Shown here: positions 10,310-21,383 of the stretch, piece after piece | Layout of the letters: the number at the start of each line of letters is the position of its first letter | Numbering within the stretch: the first letter of the stretch is position 1 | DNA from: Octopus bimaculoides | Taxonomy: Eukaryota | DNA length: 36,558 bases | Direction of reading: 5' to 3' | Assembly: GCF_001194135.2 (NCBI RefSeq) | Contig: NC_069005.1 | Coordinates: 18,217,293 to 18,253,850 of the forward strand | Program-made: the position numbers and the translations under genes | Notes under the pieces: model-generated | What the model was told of the DNA's origin: nothing | The model's input: the letters and a program-made list of their open reading frames with translations, nothing else | The model's database searches: none

Positions 10310-10446
10310 GTGAGATAAATATATTAATATGTGTGTGTTTATAGGGAAATTTATAAATGTTTCTGTAATTGATTTATGTATTAGCGTACGGTTATTTTTT
10401 TGCTTATTTTAAAGAGAGAAAACTGTAGTTGTTTACAGATATTCTT

Positions 10447-10472
10447 GCATATATATATATATATATACATAC

Positions 10473-10505
<33 letters not shown>

Positions 10506-10510
10506 TATAT
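10447..10510. repeat. (TA)n microsatellite
   Basis: Direct reading. Similar tracts lie at about 11410-11600, 15808-15852 and 29181-29211. Confidence 0.95.
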
Positions 10511-11209
10511 TATTATTATTATTAGTTTATCATACTCCCGGTTTGAAAGGTCTGCCCGGTGTTCCGTCCGGTTAGAAAATTTGTCCCATTACACTGAAAT
10601 ACCTCGGTTATGGTTCAACCTCACTCTGCACAACTTAGATGCAAACTAACGAACATTGTCTCTAGCTGGTAAGTGGTGTACCTACGTCGTAATAGCACTC
10701 TTAAGTTACAAGTGGGTAGGTATTCTAGTTTGAGGACATTTTGCTTCAGGGATTAAAAATGATTTATTCCCGGTGTTCATAATATTACATAATTAAAAGT
10801 TTATAGATTTCCTGTCGTATTTCTTACAGATAATGAATTGGTATTTAAGCATCTCGTTCTCCGAAATTCAAAATCCAATTTAGGCATTGTTTCCTTAATA
10901 CCCTAAAAAGATAAACATTGTACATAAAGAAAATTAAGTAGCACAAGTTGTTCATAGAAGACAGCACCTATACCTGCGATAATTATACCCTGAAGGTTGT
11001 CCCGAAAAAAAATTACGTTCTGGATTACAAAAAGAAACATCACCTCCAACACATATATGCGTACACATAGTTCATTCATACTGTTTTGTTAGAAAATGTC
11101 TAAATTTTATAACAAGTGGGCAGAAAAAGGGAGATCAGCAAGACAAGTTTTAGTCACGTTATGTGTGAAAGGAAATACGGATTTTCGGCGTTTAAAGTGT
11201 GTGTGTGTG

Positions 11210-11400
11210 TATCTTGTTTCAGTCATTAGACTGCGGCCATGCTGGGGCACCGTCTTGGAGAAATTTTTAGTTGAATGAATCGACCCCAGTACTTGTGTTT
11301 TTTAGCCTGGTACTTAATCTATTCATCCCTTTTACAAAACCGCTAAGTTACAGAGATGTAAACACATCACTACCGGTTGTCAAGTGGTGGTGGGGACACA
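11210..11400 (-). mobile_element. SINE 3' half
   Basis: The reverse complement ends ...gacggtgccccagcatggccgcagtctaatgactgaaacaaga. Confidence 0.85.
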
Positions 11401-11406
11401 TACACG

Positions 11407-11442
<36 letters not shown>

Positions 11443-12227
11443 ATGGACTTCAGTTTTTATCTACCAAATCAACTCACAAAGCTTGATTGTGCCCCCGCCC
11501 CTGTATATATACACACACAAATATATATATATATATATATACTATAGAGTATATATATATATATATTTGTGTGTGTGTATATATATAGGGGGGGGGGCAC
11601 AATGAAGAGTTTTTACTACATATTTAACTTTGAGACTAAACATATCTTTTTACAAATGTTTACTACCTTACAAAAACTATATCAGCTAAGGAATTGGCCT
11701 TCCTAAAATGCATTAAAAACATAACAATCTGAACACTATTTCAGAGAATAATGTTTTCTTTGAGCATATAAAAGACAAATTTGGCTGGAGCAAAATGAAT
11801 AAGACAAAATAAATTAAATTTGTTACTTCAGTTCTCCCTCATACGCATCAATATCCATCCCAGAAAGATCAGAAATGTAAATATATATATATATATATAT
11901 ATAGGTCAAATGAAAGAGGATCATAGAAAAATGGCACATGATATGAAATTAATGAAACTTGACTAAATAAAAAAAAGGAACTCAACATGAAACACTCTGT
12001 AAAGCTTCATCATGATCTACTGGAGTGTTTCTCTTTGTGATATATTTACTCACTGTACAGTTAAAGAGAAGAAATTATTGAAATTAGGCATTACATTTTA
12101 GACATCATTTTTTTGAAACTGAAAAATTATCAAATTAGACATTATGGGCAAAAAAATTGGCTTGGAATCCAACAAAGAAAAGAATATTGATTGCTTAACA
12201 AAAATTATCCAAATATTTTATTAGCAA

Positions 12228-12690
12228 CATCATCATCATCATCGTTTAACGTCCGCTTTCCATGCTAGCATGGGTTGGACGATTTGACTGAGGACTGGTG
12301 AACCAGATGGCTACACCAGGCTCCAATCTGATCTGGCAGAGTTTCTACAGCTGGATGCTCTTCCTAACGCCAACCACTCCAAGAGTGTAGTGGGTGCTTT
12401 TGCGTGCCACTGGCACGAGGGCCAGTCACACGGTACTGGCAACGGCCACGCTCAAAAAGGTGTTTTTTACATTCCACCTGCACGGGAGCCAGTCCAGCGG
12501 CACTGGCAATGACCTTGCTCGAATGATTTTCTAACGTGCCACCAGCACAAGTGCTAGAAGGCAACACTGATAACGATTACACTCAAATGGTGCTATTTAC
12601 AGGCCACTAGCACAGAAGCCAGACAGCTGCTCTGGTAATGGACACACTCGGACAGTGCTGTTAGTGCTCCGCTGGCGCAGGTGCCAGTCA
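12228..12690 (-). mobile_element. RTE LINE 3' UTR fragment with (GAT)n tail
   Basis: (cat)n-cgtttaacgtccgctttccatgctagcatgggttggacg... It is the same sequence that ends the RTE at 24916-25362. Confidence 0.9.
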
Positions 12691-12952
12691 TTGAGTCCAT
12701 TACAATTGGGTCAAAGTTGAGGAAAAATTTCTTGAAAATAAAGTACCATTCACCTGACTCCCTCAACTTCAACAACTATGCTGACCAATTTTTACTCTTA
12801 AATATAATGTAACAATACAAAAAAATAATGATGCAATACTTGCAATATAACAATTTTGAACAGGCAGGGAGAAAATAATGAGAAATCAGAAATTACTCAT
12901 TTTATCTTGGTTACTAATTTTGCTCCCCACTTTATATATATATATATATATC

Positions 12953-13115
12953 CCAGGTGTAGCTGTGTAGTAAGAAGCTTGCTTCCCTACCAACATGGTT
13001 CTGGGTTCATTCTCACTGCATGACACCTTGGGCAATTGCCTTCTACTATAGCCTTGGGCTAACCAAAACCTTATGAGTGGATTTGATAGAAGGAAACTGA
13101 AAGAAGCCTGTATAT
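12953..13115 (+). mobile_element. tRNA-derived SINE 5' half
   Basis: gtagctgtgtagtaagaag (A-box-like) ... gggttcattctc (B-box-like) ... ggaaactgaaagaagcc. Confidence 0.85.
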
Positions 13116-13476
13116 ATACATGTAGTCTTATATAGGGTGGGGGCATAGAGATCTCCCACATTTTGAATGGATATAAAAAAAGAACACATCTATCTAGGAA
13201 AAAACTGATTATATTTCTAAAATGTACATAAAAAATAATTTTGCTTTAATGGGTTTTAAAAATTATATCAGATAAAATGGCGGCTGTTGTTGGCAATATA
13301 TTGATGGAGTCATTCCTGGAAGTTCTCCCTGACTCCCTGTGTCATCTTGGGTAGAATTGTGCTGATTTCCTCTCTGATCCTTTCCTTTAAATCCTCAAGA
13401 GTTCAAGGGCGATGTTGGAAAATTTTTCATTTAGGTATCTCCAATGGAAAAGGTCATAAGGGCTTAATTAAACCTA

Positions 13477-14796
13477 TCAGGTCATCCCATAAGGTCTATC
13501 CAATTTTACCTTTTTTTAAATTGAATGAAATTTAATGGTATTTTAGAATGTCTAATGGAATTAAAAATTATTTTTATGCATTTGTGTACATTTAAACAAA
13601 TTAAATATTTTACGGAAAAATAGAATTAAAATTTCTTTGATCAAAACCCTTTCTAACATGGAAGTATCCAAAGAGCATTTAAGGCACATAATGCTTTAAG
13701 AGTACAAAAAAGGAAACTCTGCAGCTGAAGTGACTCGAAACATACACTCAGTTTATGAGAAAGAATGCTTGAATGAAAGAACTTGCAGAAGGTGGTTTGC
13801 AAAATTCAAAAGATGAAGATCAAACAGGATGTCCAGTTGAGTTTAATGATAAGCTCCTTGAGGCATTACTTGAAGAAAATCCTGCATTATCAGTTGAAGA
13901 ATTGACAATAAAGCTTAGTGCAAACTGTTCATCGTCATCTTCAACAACTTGGAAAATGGGTGCCTCATGAATTGTCCGAAAGCAACTGCAAATCCCGAGT
14001 TGACATCTGCTCTTCTCTCCATTCTCGTGAACTCATTTCACTCTTTTTGGATAGGCTTGTGACGTAAAATGGATCTTCTATCAAAATGTTAAATGCCGTA
14101 AACAGTGGCTTGGTAAAAGGGAAAAAGCTCAACCACAACCAAGAAGGGAACTTCATGGGAAAAAGGTTCTTCTCTCTATCTGGTGGGATTGTAAAGNNNN
14201 NNNNNNCACAACCTTACACTGCAAAGGTCACATCACAGAAGATCAAAGAGCTTGGTTGGGAAAAAATTCCTCATCCAATTTATTCTCCCGACCCTGCTCC
14301 TTCAGACTACCATTTGTTTCTTATTTCTTTATTGCTCACAAGGGGCTAAACATAGAGGGGACAAAGGGATTAAGTCAATTACATCGACCCCAGTGCATAA
14401 CTGGTACTTAATTTATCGACCCCGAAAGGATGAAAGGCAAAGTCAACCTTGGCGGAATTTGAACTCAGAACGTAATGGCAAATGAAATACTGCTAAGCAT
14501 TTTACCCAGCATGCTAACGTTTCTGCCAGCTCGCCGCCTTGATTCGTAGTTTACAGAATTATTTGGGGGACATAACTTTTGCAAGCCAGGAGGAGGTCGA
14601 AACTGACATTTCAGAGTTCTTCGCTTTGAAACCAGAAGAGTTTTACATTGATGGGATTAAAAAGCTTGTAAATAGATGGAAGGAAGTCATAGATAATCAG
14701 GGAAAGTACATTGATGATTAAATTTCAATTATATATAACATTTGATCACTTGTTTTCTTTATTCAAAATTCGGACAGAATTTATGGGTTGACCTGA
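13477..14796 (+). mobile_element. Mariner (DD34D, Mos1-like) element with decayed transposase (13658-14721)
   Basis: TIRs tcaggtcatcccataa / ttatgggttgacctga, with TA at 13475-13476 and 14797-14798. Translation: MEVSKEHLRH...ERTCRRWFAKFK...HPIYSPDPAPSDYHLF|RSLQNYL...FYIDGIKKLVNRWKEVIDNQGKYIDD*. Confidence 0.95.
14319..14540 (-). mobile_element. tRNA-derived SINE inserted in the mariner transposase
   Basis: The reverse complement starts aaggcggcgagctggcagaaacgttagc...gagttcaaattcc. It splits the DYHLF/RSLQ codons. Imperfect 5-bp TSD gtttc/gattc. Confidence 0.92.
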
Positions 14797-15574
14797 TAGT
14801 ATCCTTGCCAGTCACCCAATATCTTCCCTTAAAGAGATCAAACACCCAGGAAACATTTCCCTCAACACTCCGAGTGAACATCATGCTGTGTGAGCTGTGG
14901 CCCATCCTGTTGAAACCACATATGTTCAGTGTCCAAATTGTCCAGTTTGGGGTGCAGAGAGGCCTTCAACATTTCAACATACCAGCTGGAGGTAACAGTT
15001 ACTGTTGTACCACCTTCAAGAAAGTACGGGTCAATCACACCAAAGTCAGCAACTGCAAACAGTTATGTGATGAGAGTGAAGTGGTCTTTGGTGGAGTTCA
15101 TGAGGATTATTGTTCAGCCCAATAGCAAAAATTCTGCTTGTTTACAGCTCCATTGATATGGAAGTGATCCTCAGTACTCAGAAGAACAGTTGCAGTGAGA
15201 ACTTGTGCAAGAATATTCGCATATACGGCTCAGCAGTTATTATGATGTTGTTTCAAATGGGTATGCAGAATCCTCCTTAAACTCCAATTTGATATCCCTA
15301 GTGCTGCACTATACTTTTGAGTGAAACACTTTGAAGATTGCTGAATGGGTGCTCTTACTGCTACCATACAATCTGGAGTACTAATGGTCCTCGGGAACAA
15401 CTCCATCAATGTATTGCCAACAACCACTATTTGTCTGATATACTTTTTAAATCCCATTAAAACAAAACTATCTTTTATGTATTTTTTAGAAATATAATCA
15501 GTTTTTTCCCTAGATAGTTGTGTTCTTTATATCCTTCAAAATGTGGGAGATCTTCATGCCCCATCCTGTATATA

Positions 15575-15784
15575 TGTCTGTTTGTCCCCCTCCACTGCCT
15601 GACAACTGGTGTTGGTGTGTTTATGTCCTCATCATGTACTGGTTCGGCAAAAGAGGCTGATAGAATAAGTACCAGGTTTAAAAAAATAAACAAATACTGG
15701 GATTGATTCATTCATCTAAAAATTCTTCAAGGTGGTACTTCAGCATGGCCACAGCCTAATGACTAAAAAGAAAAGATAAAAGAT
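15575..15784 (+). mobile_element. SINE 3' half
   Basis: Same family as 5590-5753. Confidence 0.8.
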
Positions 15785-15805
15785 GTATGTTTGTGTATGT
15801 ATGCT

Positions 15806-15855
<50 letters not shown>

Positions 15856-15904
15856 TCATTGAAGAAAGACGTGCTTTTTCGTTCTCCTGAAACAACCCAA
15901 AAGA

Positions 15905-16130
15905 GATTGCATAAATCGACGATAAAATCAGCTAAAACTGACAAAAACGTAGAACTTGTTATATAACAACGGTCTACTTACTAAAAGTTGAATATATTAC
16001 ATTAAAGTCGGCAACACAAGCTAGAGTTATCGTCAAAAAACCACATGGTTACAAGGGATTGCCTAAATCGACGAAAAAAATGTGCTAAAACTGACAAAAA
16101 CGTAGTACTTGTTACTTCATAACAGTCTAC
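15905..16130 (+). repeat. Diverged ~73-bp direct repeat pair (15905-15977 / 16057-16130)
   Basis: gattgc.taaatcgacga...gctaaaactgacaaaaacgtag.acttgtta occurs in both copies. Confidence 0.8.
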
Positions 16131-16214
16131 CATAATATATTGATTAAAAAAAAAAAACCTAATATATTACACTAAAAGTTTAATATAGTACATTTTCGTT
16201 TTTTGTTACCTGCT

Positions 16215-16820
16215 CCCACTCTCTCTTTCATAACTACTGCTTCCTCTCCCTCCTTTTATCTCTTTACACCTACCTCTCTCCCTCGCTTTCATATAGTCCT
16301 TTTTTCTCAGTTCTCTTTCCTTTCCATCTCACATCTTCCTCTCCTCCTGTCACCTCACCCTCTCCTTCATATACTTCTCATTTTCCCCCTCTTCTCACTC
16401 TGTTTCTCCCTTTCTCTCACATCCTTAATCCATTCCTGTCTCTCCCTCACTCTGTCACTTTTTCTCTTCCCATCCTCTCCCTCCCTCTGTCTCTCTTTCT
16501 CTTCCCCTCCTCTCCCTCCCTCTGTCTCTCTTTCTCTTCCCCTCCTCTCCTTCACTCTGTCTCTCTTTCTCTTCCCCTCCTCTCCTCACTCTGTCTCTCT
16601 TTCTGTCCCCTTCCTCTACCTCCTTCTGTCTCTTTAACACCCCACACCCCTCTCTTCCTCATATCACCCCCTCTCTTCCTCATATCACCTCTCTCTTTCC
16701 TTCATATCTCCCTCTCTCTTTCCTTCATATCTCCTCTCTTTCCCTATTCCCCCCTCTGTGTTTCTTCTTTTCTACCGCCCGCTATCTTTCACTTCCTCTC
16801 TATCCTCTACTGCTCTTCTA
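16215..16820. repeat. Pyrimidine-rich (CT) low-complexity tract with internal minisatellites
   Basis: About 600 bp of almost pure C/T. A ~36-bp unit (tctcttcccctcctctcc...ctgtctctcttt) and a ~19-bp unit (ctctcttcctcatatcacc) are tandemly repeated. Confidence 0.9.
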
Positions 16821-16836
16821 GGCTTAAAAAACAAAG

Positions 16837-19800
16837 TTGGCACTAAAGTGGGAGAAGAAAGAAGTAAATCTTCTGTTGCGAGCATGGATGATTGCTAGTG
16901 GCGATCTGCCAAACAACATCATCACTGCTGCACTGAAAAACAATGGCTTTCACAGAACCACTGATCAGATAGAGCAGAAGAAGAATGAATTCTTTCAATC
17001 CTATACACTCATCAGACCACACATTGACACCCTGGATGTCATAATCGAAAACTATTGTGGAAAGGCTGATAAGGATGGAGAAGATGAAAAGGAAGCAACA
17101 CCTGGAAGTCTCTTTGATCCAGTGGTTCCTCAAAAGAATGGATCACCCACCCCTGTGAACAACCAGGCAGAAAAGGATAGTGGAGCCAAGGAAGCAGCAA
17201 CTAGAAGCCCCTCTGTGCCAGTGGTCCTACAAAGTAAAGGAGCCCTCACCCAATTGAACAACCAGAGGAAAAAAGTTCCCACCACAAGAAAAGGAAGAAC
17301 GGAACACAAACACAAGCATAAAGATGGAAAGGAAGGAAAAGGCAAAAATGAAACAACCAAAACCAAAACCCCAACCCATCAAACAAAAAACAGAAAACCC
17401 CAAGGAGGATCCAATGCCATCCAAAAGCCTACAAGAAAGAAGAAATTTGGAAGGCACTCAAGAACCTGCAAGGCAANNNNNNNNNNTTATGCACAACGCA
17501 GTGGCACAAAAGATTGTGCAGCAGTTGACCTGGCTACACCAAGTACAAACAAGGAACCTTGCCTACCACTGCGCAAGACCACCACAATCAACAGACATGG
17601 GATGGCCTCCCCTAACACCTGCACAGTCATCGCGCCAATATTTTTACTAAATATTGGGGGCCTGTTGTGTTATAATAAAAGCAAAATTTCTTTCCTGAGA
17701 AACCTTGCTGCATGCAATCAAGTCCTATGGATAGCACTCATGGAAACTCACCTCAGCCCTGATATAGAGGATGCAGAAGTACATGTACCAAATATGTCAT
17801 ACTGCAAACAGACAGAAGGGAAAGGAGTCATGGTGGAGTTGCTGTATACATCCATGACGACCTCACACCCCAGGTCTTACTGTCATACTCAAATTTAGTA
17901 TGTGACACTCTAATTGTATACATAAGACAACATAATATAGTCATATGCAATACATATTGCCCACCGGATGCTCCAAACCACATAGGCAAATTTGAAGATT
18001 GCCTCAGAAGAATTAAAGAAATCCTCATGAAACTGGAACACCACGTGACCATATTTCTTATGGGTGATTTCAACTTCCCCAACGTCAAATGGCCTGAAGA
18101 TCTCATACTCTCAGGAATGACTCTTCGCAAGCAAGCACAGGTGGAGTCCCTGCTCAACCTCACCAATGCCCTATTCATGGAGCAAGCTGTTCTCAGACCA
18201 ACTAGAGTGAATGACATTCTGGATCTCTGCTTCACAAACAATATGGACATCATTCATGATGTGAAAGTGACGCCAACATTAGTCTCGGATCACAACATAA
18301 TAGAGCTGTCTATGTTTGGGCTGAAAGAAACCAGAGACATACAACCTAAAGGAAGCACCCAAAATCTCTCCAATCTGAACTTCCACAAAGCAGACTGGAA
18401 ATCGATCCAGAAAGAGATCCTCAGAGAGGATTGGTCAAAATGTCTCTCCACACTAGACATTGACATGAAACTAGAATGTTTCATGTCTATTGTGCAAGCC
18501 ATATGCCAGAAATATGTCCCAGAGCACAAGGCCAAAACAAATAGAACAAGATTCCAAGGGAGAGGAAGATCCTCATGAGACGACGAATGAAGGTTGCAAA
18601 TTGACTCAACCAGCATCCCAAAAGTAGCGAAAGGTCCCACCTAAAAATGACACTGATGGAGATTGAAAAAAGGCTGCAACAATCCTGTGTGAGAGAGAGA
18701 GCAGACAAAGAAGCCTGGGTTATAAAAAACATTAAGTCAAACCCAAAGACCTTGCATTACGCGAAAGAAACATCCTCTGTATGCTTTGAAAAGGAGGGTT
18801 CCCTCACAGACAGTCCATCTAGGATCAGTGAGGTACTGAATGACCAATTCAAAAGTGTCTTTACCACCCTGTTGGAACACAGACAAGTGAATGAACCAGT
18901 GGACTTCTTTGCTGCTTCACCTATAACCAGAGTGGCAGTTACGATGGAATACATCAACATTAGCAAAGAAGATGTACTACTAGCTATAGATGAAGTGGAC
19001 ACAAATTCAACTGCTGGTCCTGATGGTTTCGCAGCAATCCTCCTCAAATCGTGTAAGCATGCCCTCGCAAAACCCCTCCAGATTCTCTTCCAGAGCTTTC
19101 TTGCAAATGGCAGGTTGACAAGCAAGCTGAAGGAGGGAATAATATGCCCAATCCATAAAGAGGGAAGCAGAGCAGATACCAAAAACTATAGGCCTATCTC
19201 TCTGACTTCACACATCAGCAAAGTCATGGAACGGATAGTCAGAGGAAAACTAATTGCATTCCTTGAAGAAAATAACATGCTGAGTGATACCCAGAATCTC
19301 TTTTGACCAGGTAAGAGCTGCCTGACCAAGCTCTTACAACATTATGACTGGGTGTTGAGGCAGTTACTCAACAACTCAAATGTGGACGTAATATACCTTG
19401 ATTTTGGAAAAGCTTTTGACAAAGTGGATCATGGTATGATATGCCACAAACTGCGTGATCTTGGTATAGCTGGAAAACTTGGAGAGTGGTTACATGACTT
19501 TCTGAAAGATAGAAGTCACGCAGTAGTGGCTAATGGAGCCACCTCTATGAAAACACAAATAGTGAGCGATGTTCCACTGGGCACTGTCTTGAGATCACTG
19601 CTTTTTATAGTGGCCCTCAAGTGCCCGGATAGCCACCCTTGCAAACTACGCAGATGATACGAAAGTCTCGCAGAAAACCCAGTGATGTTGTACATCTGCA
19701 GCAGGAGTTGGACTCAATTTACAGATGGGCTGAGGATAATAATGTGCAGTTTAATGCTGAAAAATTCCAAGTCCTGTGCTACCAGCATCTGAAACTGAAT

Positions 19801-20588
19801 ATGAAACTTCCGCAGGGAATTTCAATCCCAGAGCCTAAATCAGTGAGGTACCTGGGTATCGACATAAGTGATGATACCTCTTTCCAAGTGCACATTACCA
19901 GGATGGCGACAAAGTGCAGACGACTGGCTGGATGGATCCTGAGAACATTCAGAACCAGAGATAAGGAAACCGTGATGGTCCTCAGCCGCCTGGATTACTG
20001 CTCACAGCTATGGTCACCCACCAGTGTGAAATTAACAGCAGACCTTGAAGCAATCCAGAGAAGATTCACAAAGAAGATCGTCTCTTTGCAACTGCTTAGC
20101 TACTGGGAAAGGCTAAAACAGCTAAGACTCTACTCCCTGGAGAGAAGGTGGGAAAGGTATGCAGTAAGATACATATGGAAAATCCTGGAAGGAATTGTGC
20201 CAAATTTTGATATTAAAAGCTACACCAATGCCAGAATGGGACGATACTGCATAGTGCCAAAGATCCCAGCAACACCATCGCACTTCAGGACCAGTTACTG
20301 CAACAGCCTGGTTTCAGGGGCCCACAGCTTTTTAATATTCTCCCAAAGAGCCTGAGGAACCTGCACAAAGTAGATGTAGGCGTTTTTAAATCAAAGCTGA
20401 ACCTCTTCCTGTCGAGAGTCCCAGATGAACCTACCTCATGGCAAGAGTTGCAAATGAGAGTAGCTACATCAAACTCCAATCTTCACCAAGTGCCACATAT
20501 TGGACGAGGCTCTGAGTAATAACAGTGTAGCAAAACGGCGGTGCATCAGTATGGCCGCAACTCTGAGCTGAAACTAGAGGGAAAAAAA
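16837..20588 (+). mobile_element. Near full-length CR1/L2-group non-LTR retrotransposon (ORF1 + APE-RT ORF2), inactivated by frameshifts and stops
   Basis: APE motifs IALMETHL, YCPP, MGDFNFPNVKW, ILDLCFTN, SDHN. RT motifs GPDG, NYRPISLTS, YLDFGKAFDKVDH, YADD (19647-19658), YLGI. The C-terminus is RLDYCSQLWSP...LYSLERR. The 3' end is followed by a short A-run. Confidence 0.93.
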
Positions 20589-20608
20589 TATATACATATA
20601 TATACATA

Positions 20609-21139
20609 CTGTAAATCCTCGAGTATAGTCTGCCCTTGAGTATAATACTCAGGGGATTTTTAGCGGGCTGTACCTTTGAAAAACCTAAACCTTGTGTATA
20701 ATACGCACCCCTTCTCTAACTTGAGTCAAGGAGGTCTATATAACGTCCTTGGTTTGTAAACATATATACGGTAACGTTCTTTATTATTATTGTCTATATA
20801 ACATAATGCAAACATGTATCTTTTTTGTGCACTTTGTTTGCAGAAAATAAAGAAATAACAGTAATAACGTCAGTGAAAAATAAATATTAAGTAAATTGCC
20901 TTTACATATTTATCACTATCAGTTGCAAAAGCAAAAACATTTATTCAAATTCTTCAAATTAAACGTCACTTTCAGCATCAAATAACTGTTCCATTTGTGC
21001 GTCCGTAAACATGTCAGCATCATTGTAGTGTAAATCTCCGTCATCGTCAGATTCATAGTCATCACCAGAAGATTCACTTTCATTTATTGCATCTTTCCAT
21101 ACAACATCATCCTGAGTACCATCCAGTGCAGACAATATA
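20609..21139 (-). mobile_element. pogo/Tigger-like DNA transposon 3' fragment
   Basis: TA followed by CTGTAAATCCTCGAGTATA (TIR-like). The minus strand gives SALDGTQDDVVW plus an acidic tail, typical of pogo transposase C-termini. Truncated by the gap. Confidence 0.75.
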
Positions 21140-21239
21140 NNNNNNNNNNNNNNNNNNNNNNNNNNNNNNNNNNNNNNNNNNNNNNNNNNNNNNNNNNNNN
21201 NNNNNNNNNNNNNNNNNNNNNNNNNNNNNNNNNNNNNNN

Positions 21240-21288
21240 CTATGACCGCGAGTCCGCTGCCTTAACCACTGGGCCATTGCGCCTCCAT
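21240..21288 (-). mobile_element. tRNA-derived SINE head
   Basis: The reverse complement is ggaggcgcaatggcccagtggttaaggcagcggactcgcggtcata. The remainder is in the gap. Confidence 0.75.
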
Positions 21289-21345
21289 ATATATATATAT
21301 CATTTGCCATGATAACCACTACACACATTTTTTTCTCTCCTTGTT

Positions 21346-21383
21346 TCTTTCTGTGGAAGAGCTTAGGCTCGAAGCATTAAAGA
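21346..21383 (+). ncRNA. Degenerate minimal hammerhead-like motif in a Penelope pLTR-like repeat
   Basis: TCTTT-CTGTGGA-A-GAGC-ttag-GCTC-GAAG-CAT-T-AAAGA. Stem I (TCTTT/AAAGA) and stem II (GAGC/GCTC) pair, but the core has several mismatches. Confidence 0.3.

Larger units (their letters stand above)
13133..15568 (-). mobile_element. Tc1/mariner-superfamily (DUF4817-type) transposon, interrupted by a mariner; ~190-bp inverted ends; TA TSD
   Basis: Minus-strand remnants: HFHINGAVNKQNFCYWAE and ISLREDIG*LAR. After removing the insert, translation continues SPYDLFHWRYL...TLEDLKERIREEI and ends near 13246. 13133-13320 is the inverted copy of 15385-15568. TA flanks at 13131-13132 and 15569-15570. 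Confidence 0.85.

Noticed and set aside
10533-10575. PGLKGLPGVP collagen-like translation
   Set aside because: Only three Gly-X-Y triplets followed by a stop, with no acceptor site. Likely chance in a CCGG-rich patch.
11832-11876. 45-nt frame-preserving AG...GT segment in the NTAQ1 intron (possible cassette exon)
   Set aside because: Weak pyrimidine tract and weak donor (GTAAAT), no homology, and it would separate the catalytic Cys from EEN. Only junction reads could rescue it.
16203-16640. Hydrophobic L/S/F-rich and R/E-rich ORFs
   Set aside because: Translations of the CT/GA low-complexity tract.
16837-17898. Apparent ORF1-APE fusion as a single 353-aa ORF
   Set aside because: The frame crosses a 10-N gap of unknown true length, so fusion cannot be inferred.
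21240-21288. tRNA gene-like sequence
   Set aside because: It is the head of a SINE next to a (TA)n tract and is cut by a gap. No full cloverleaf is visible.
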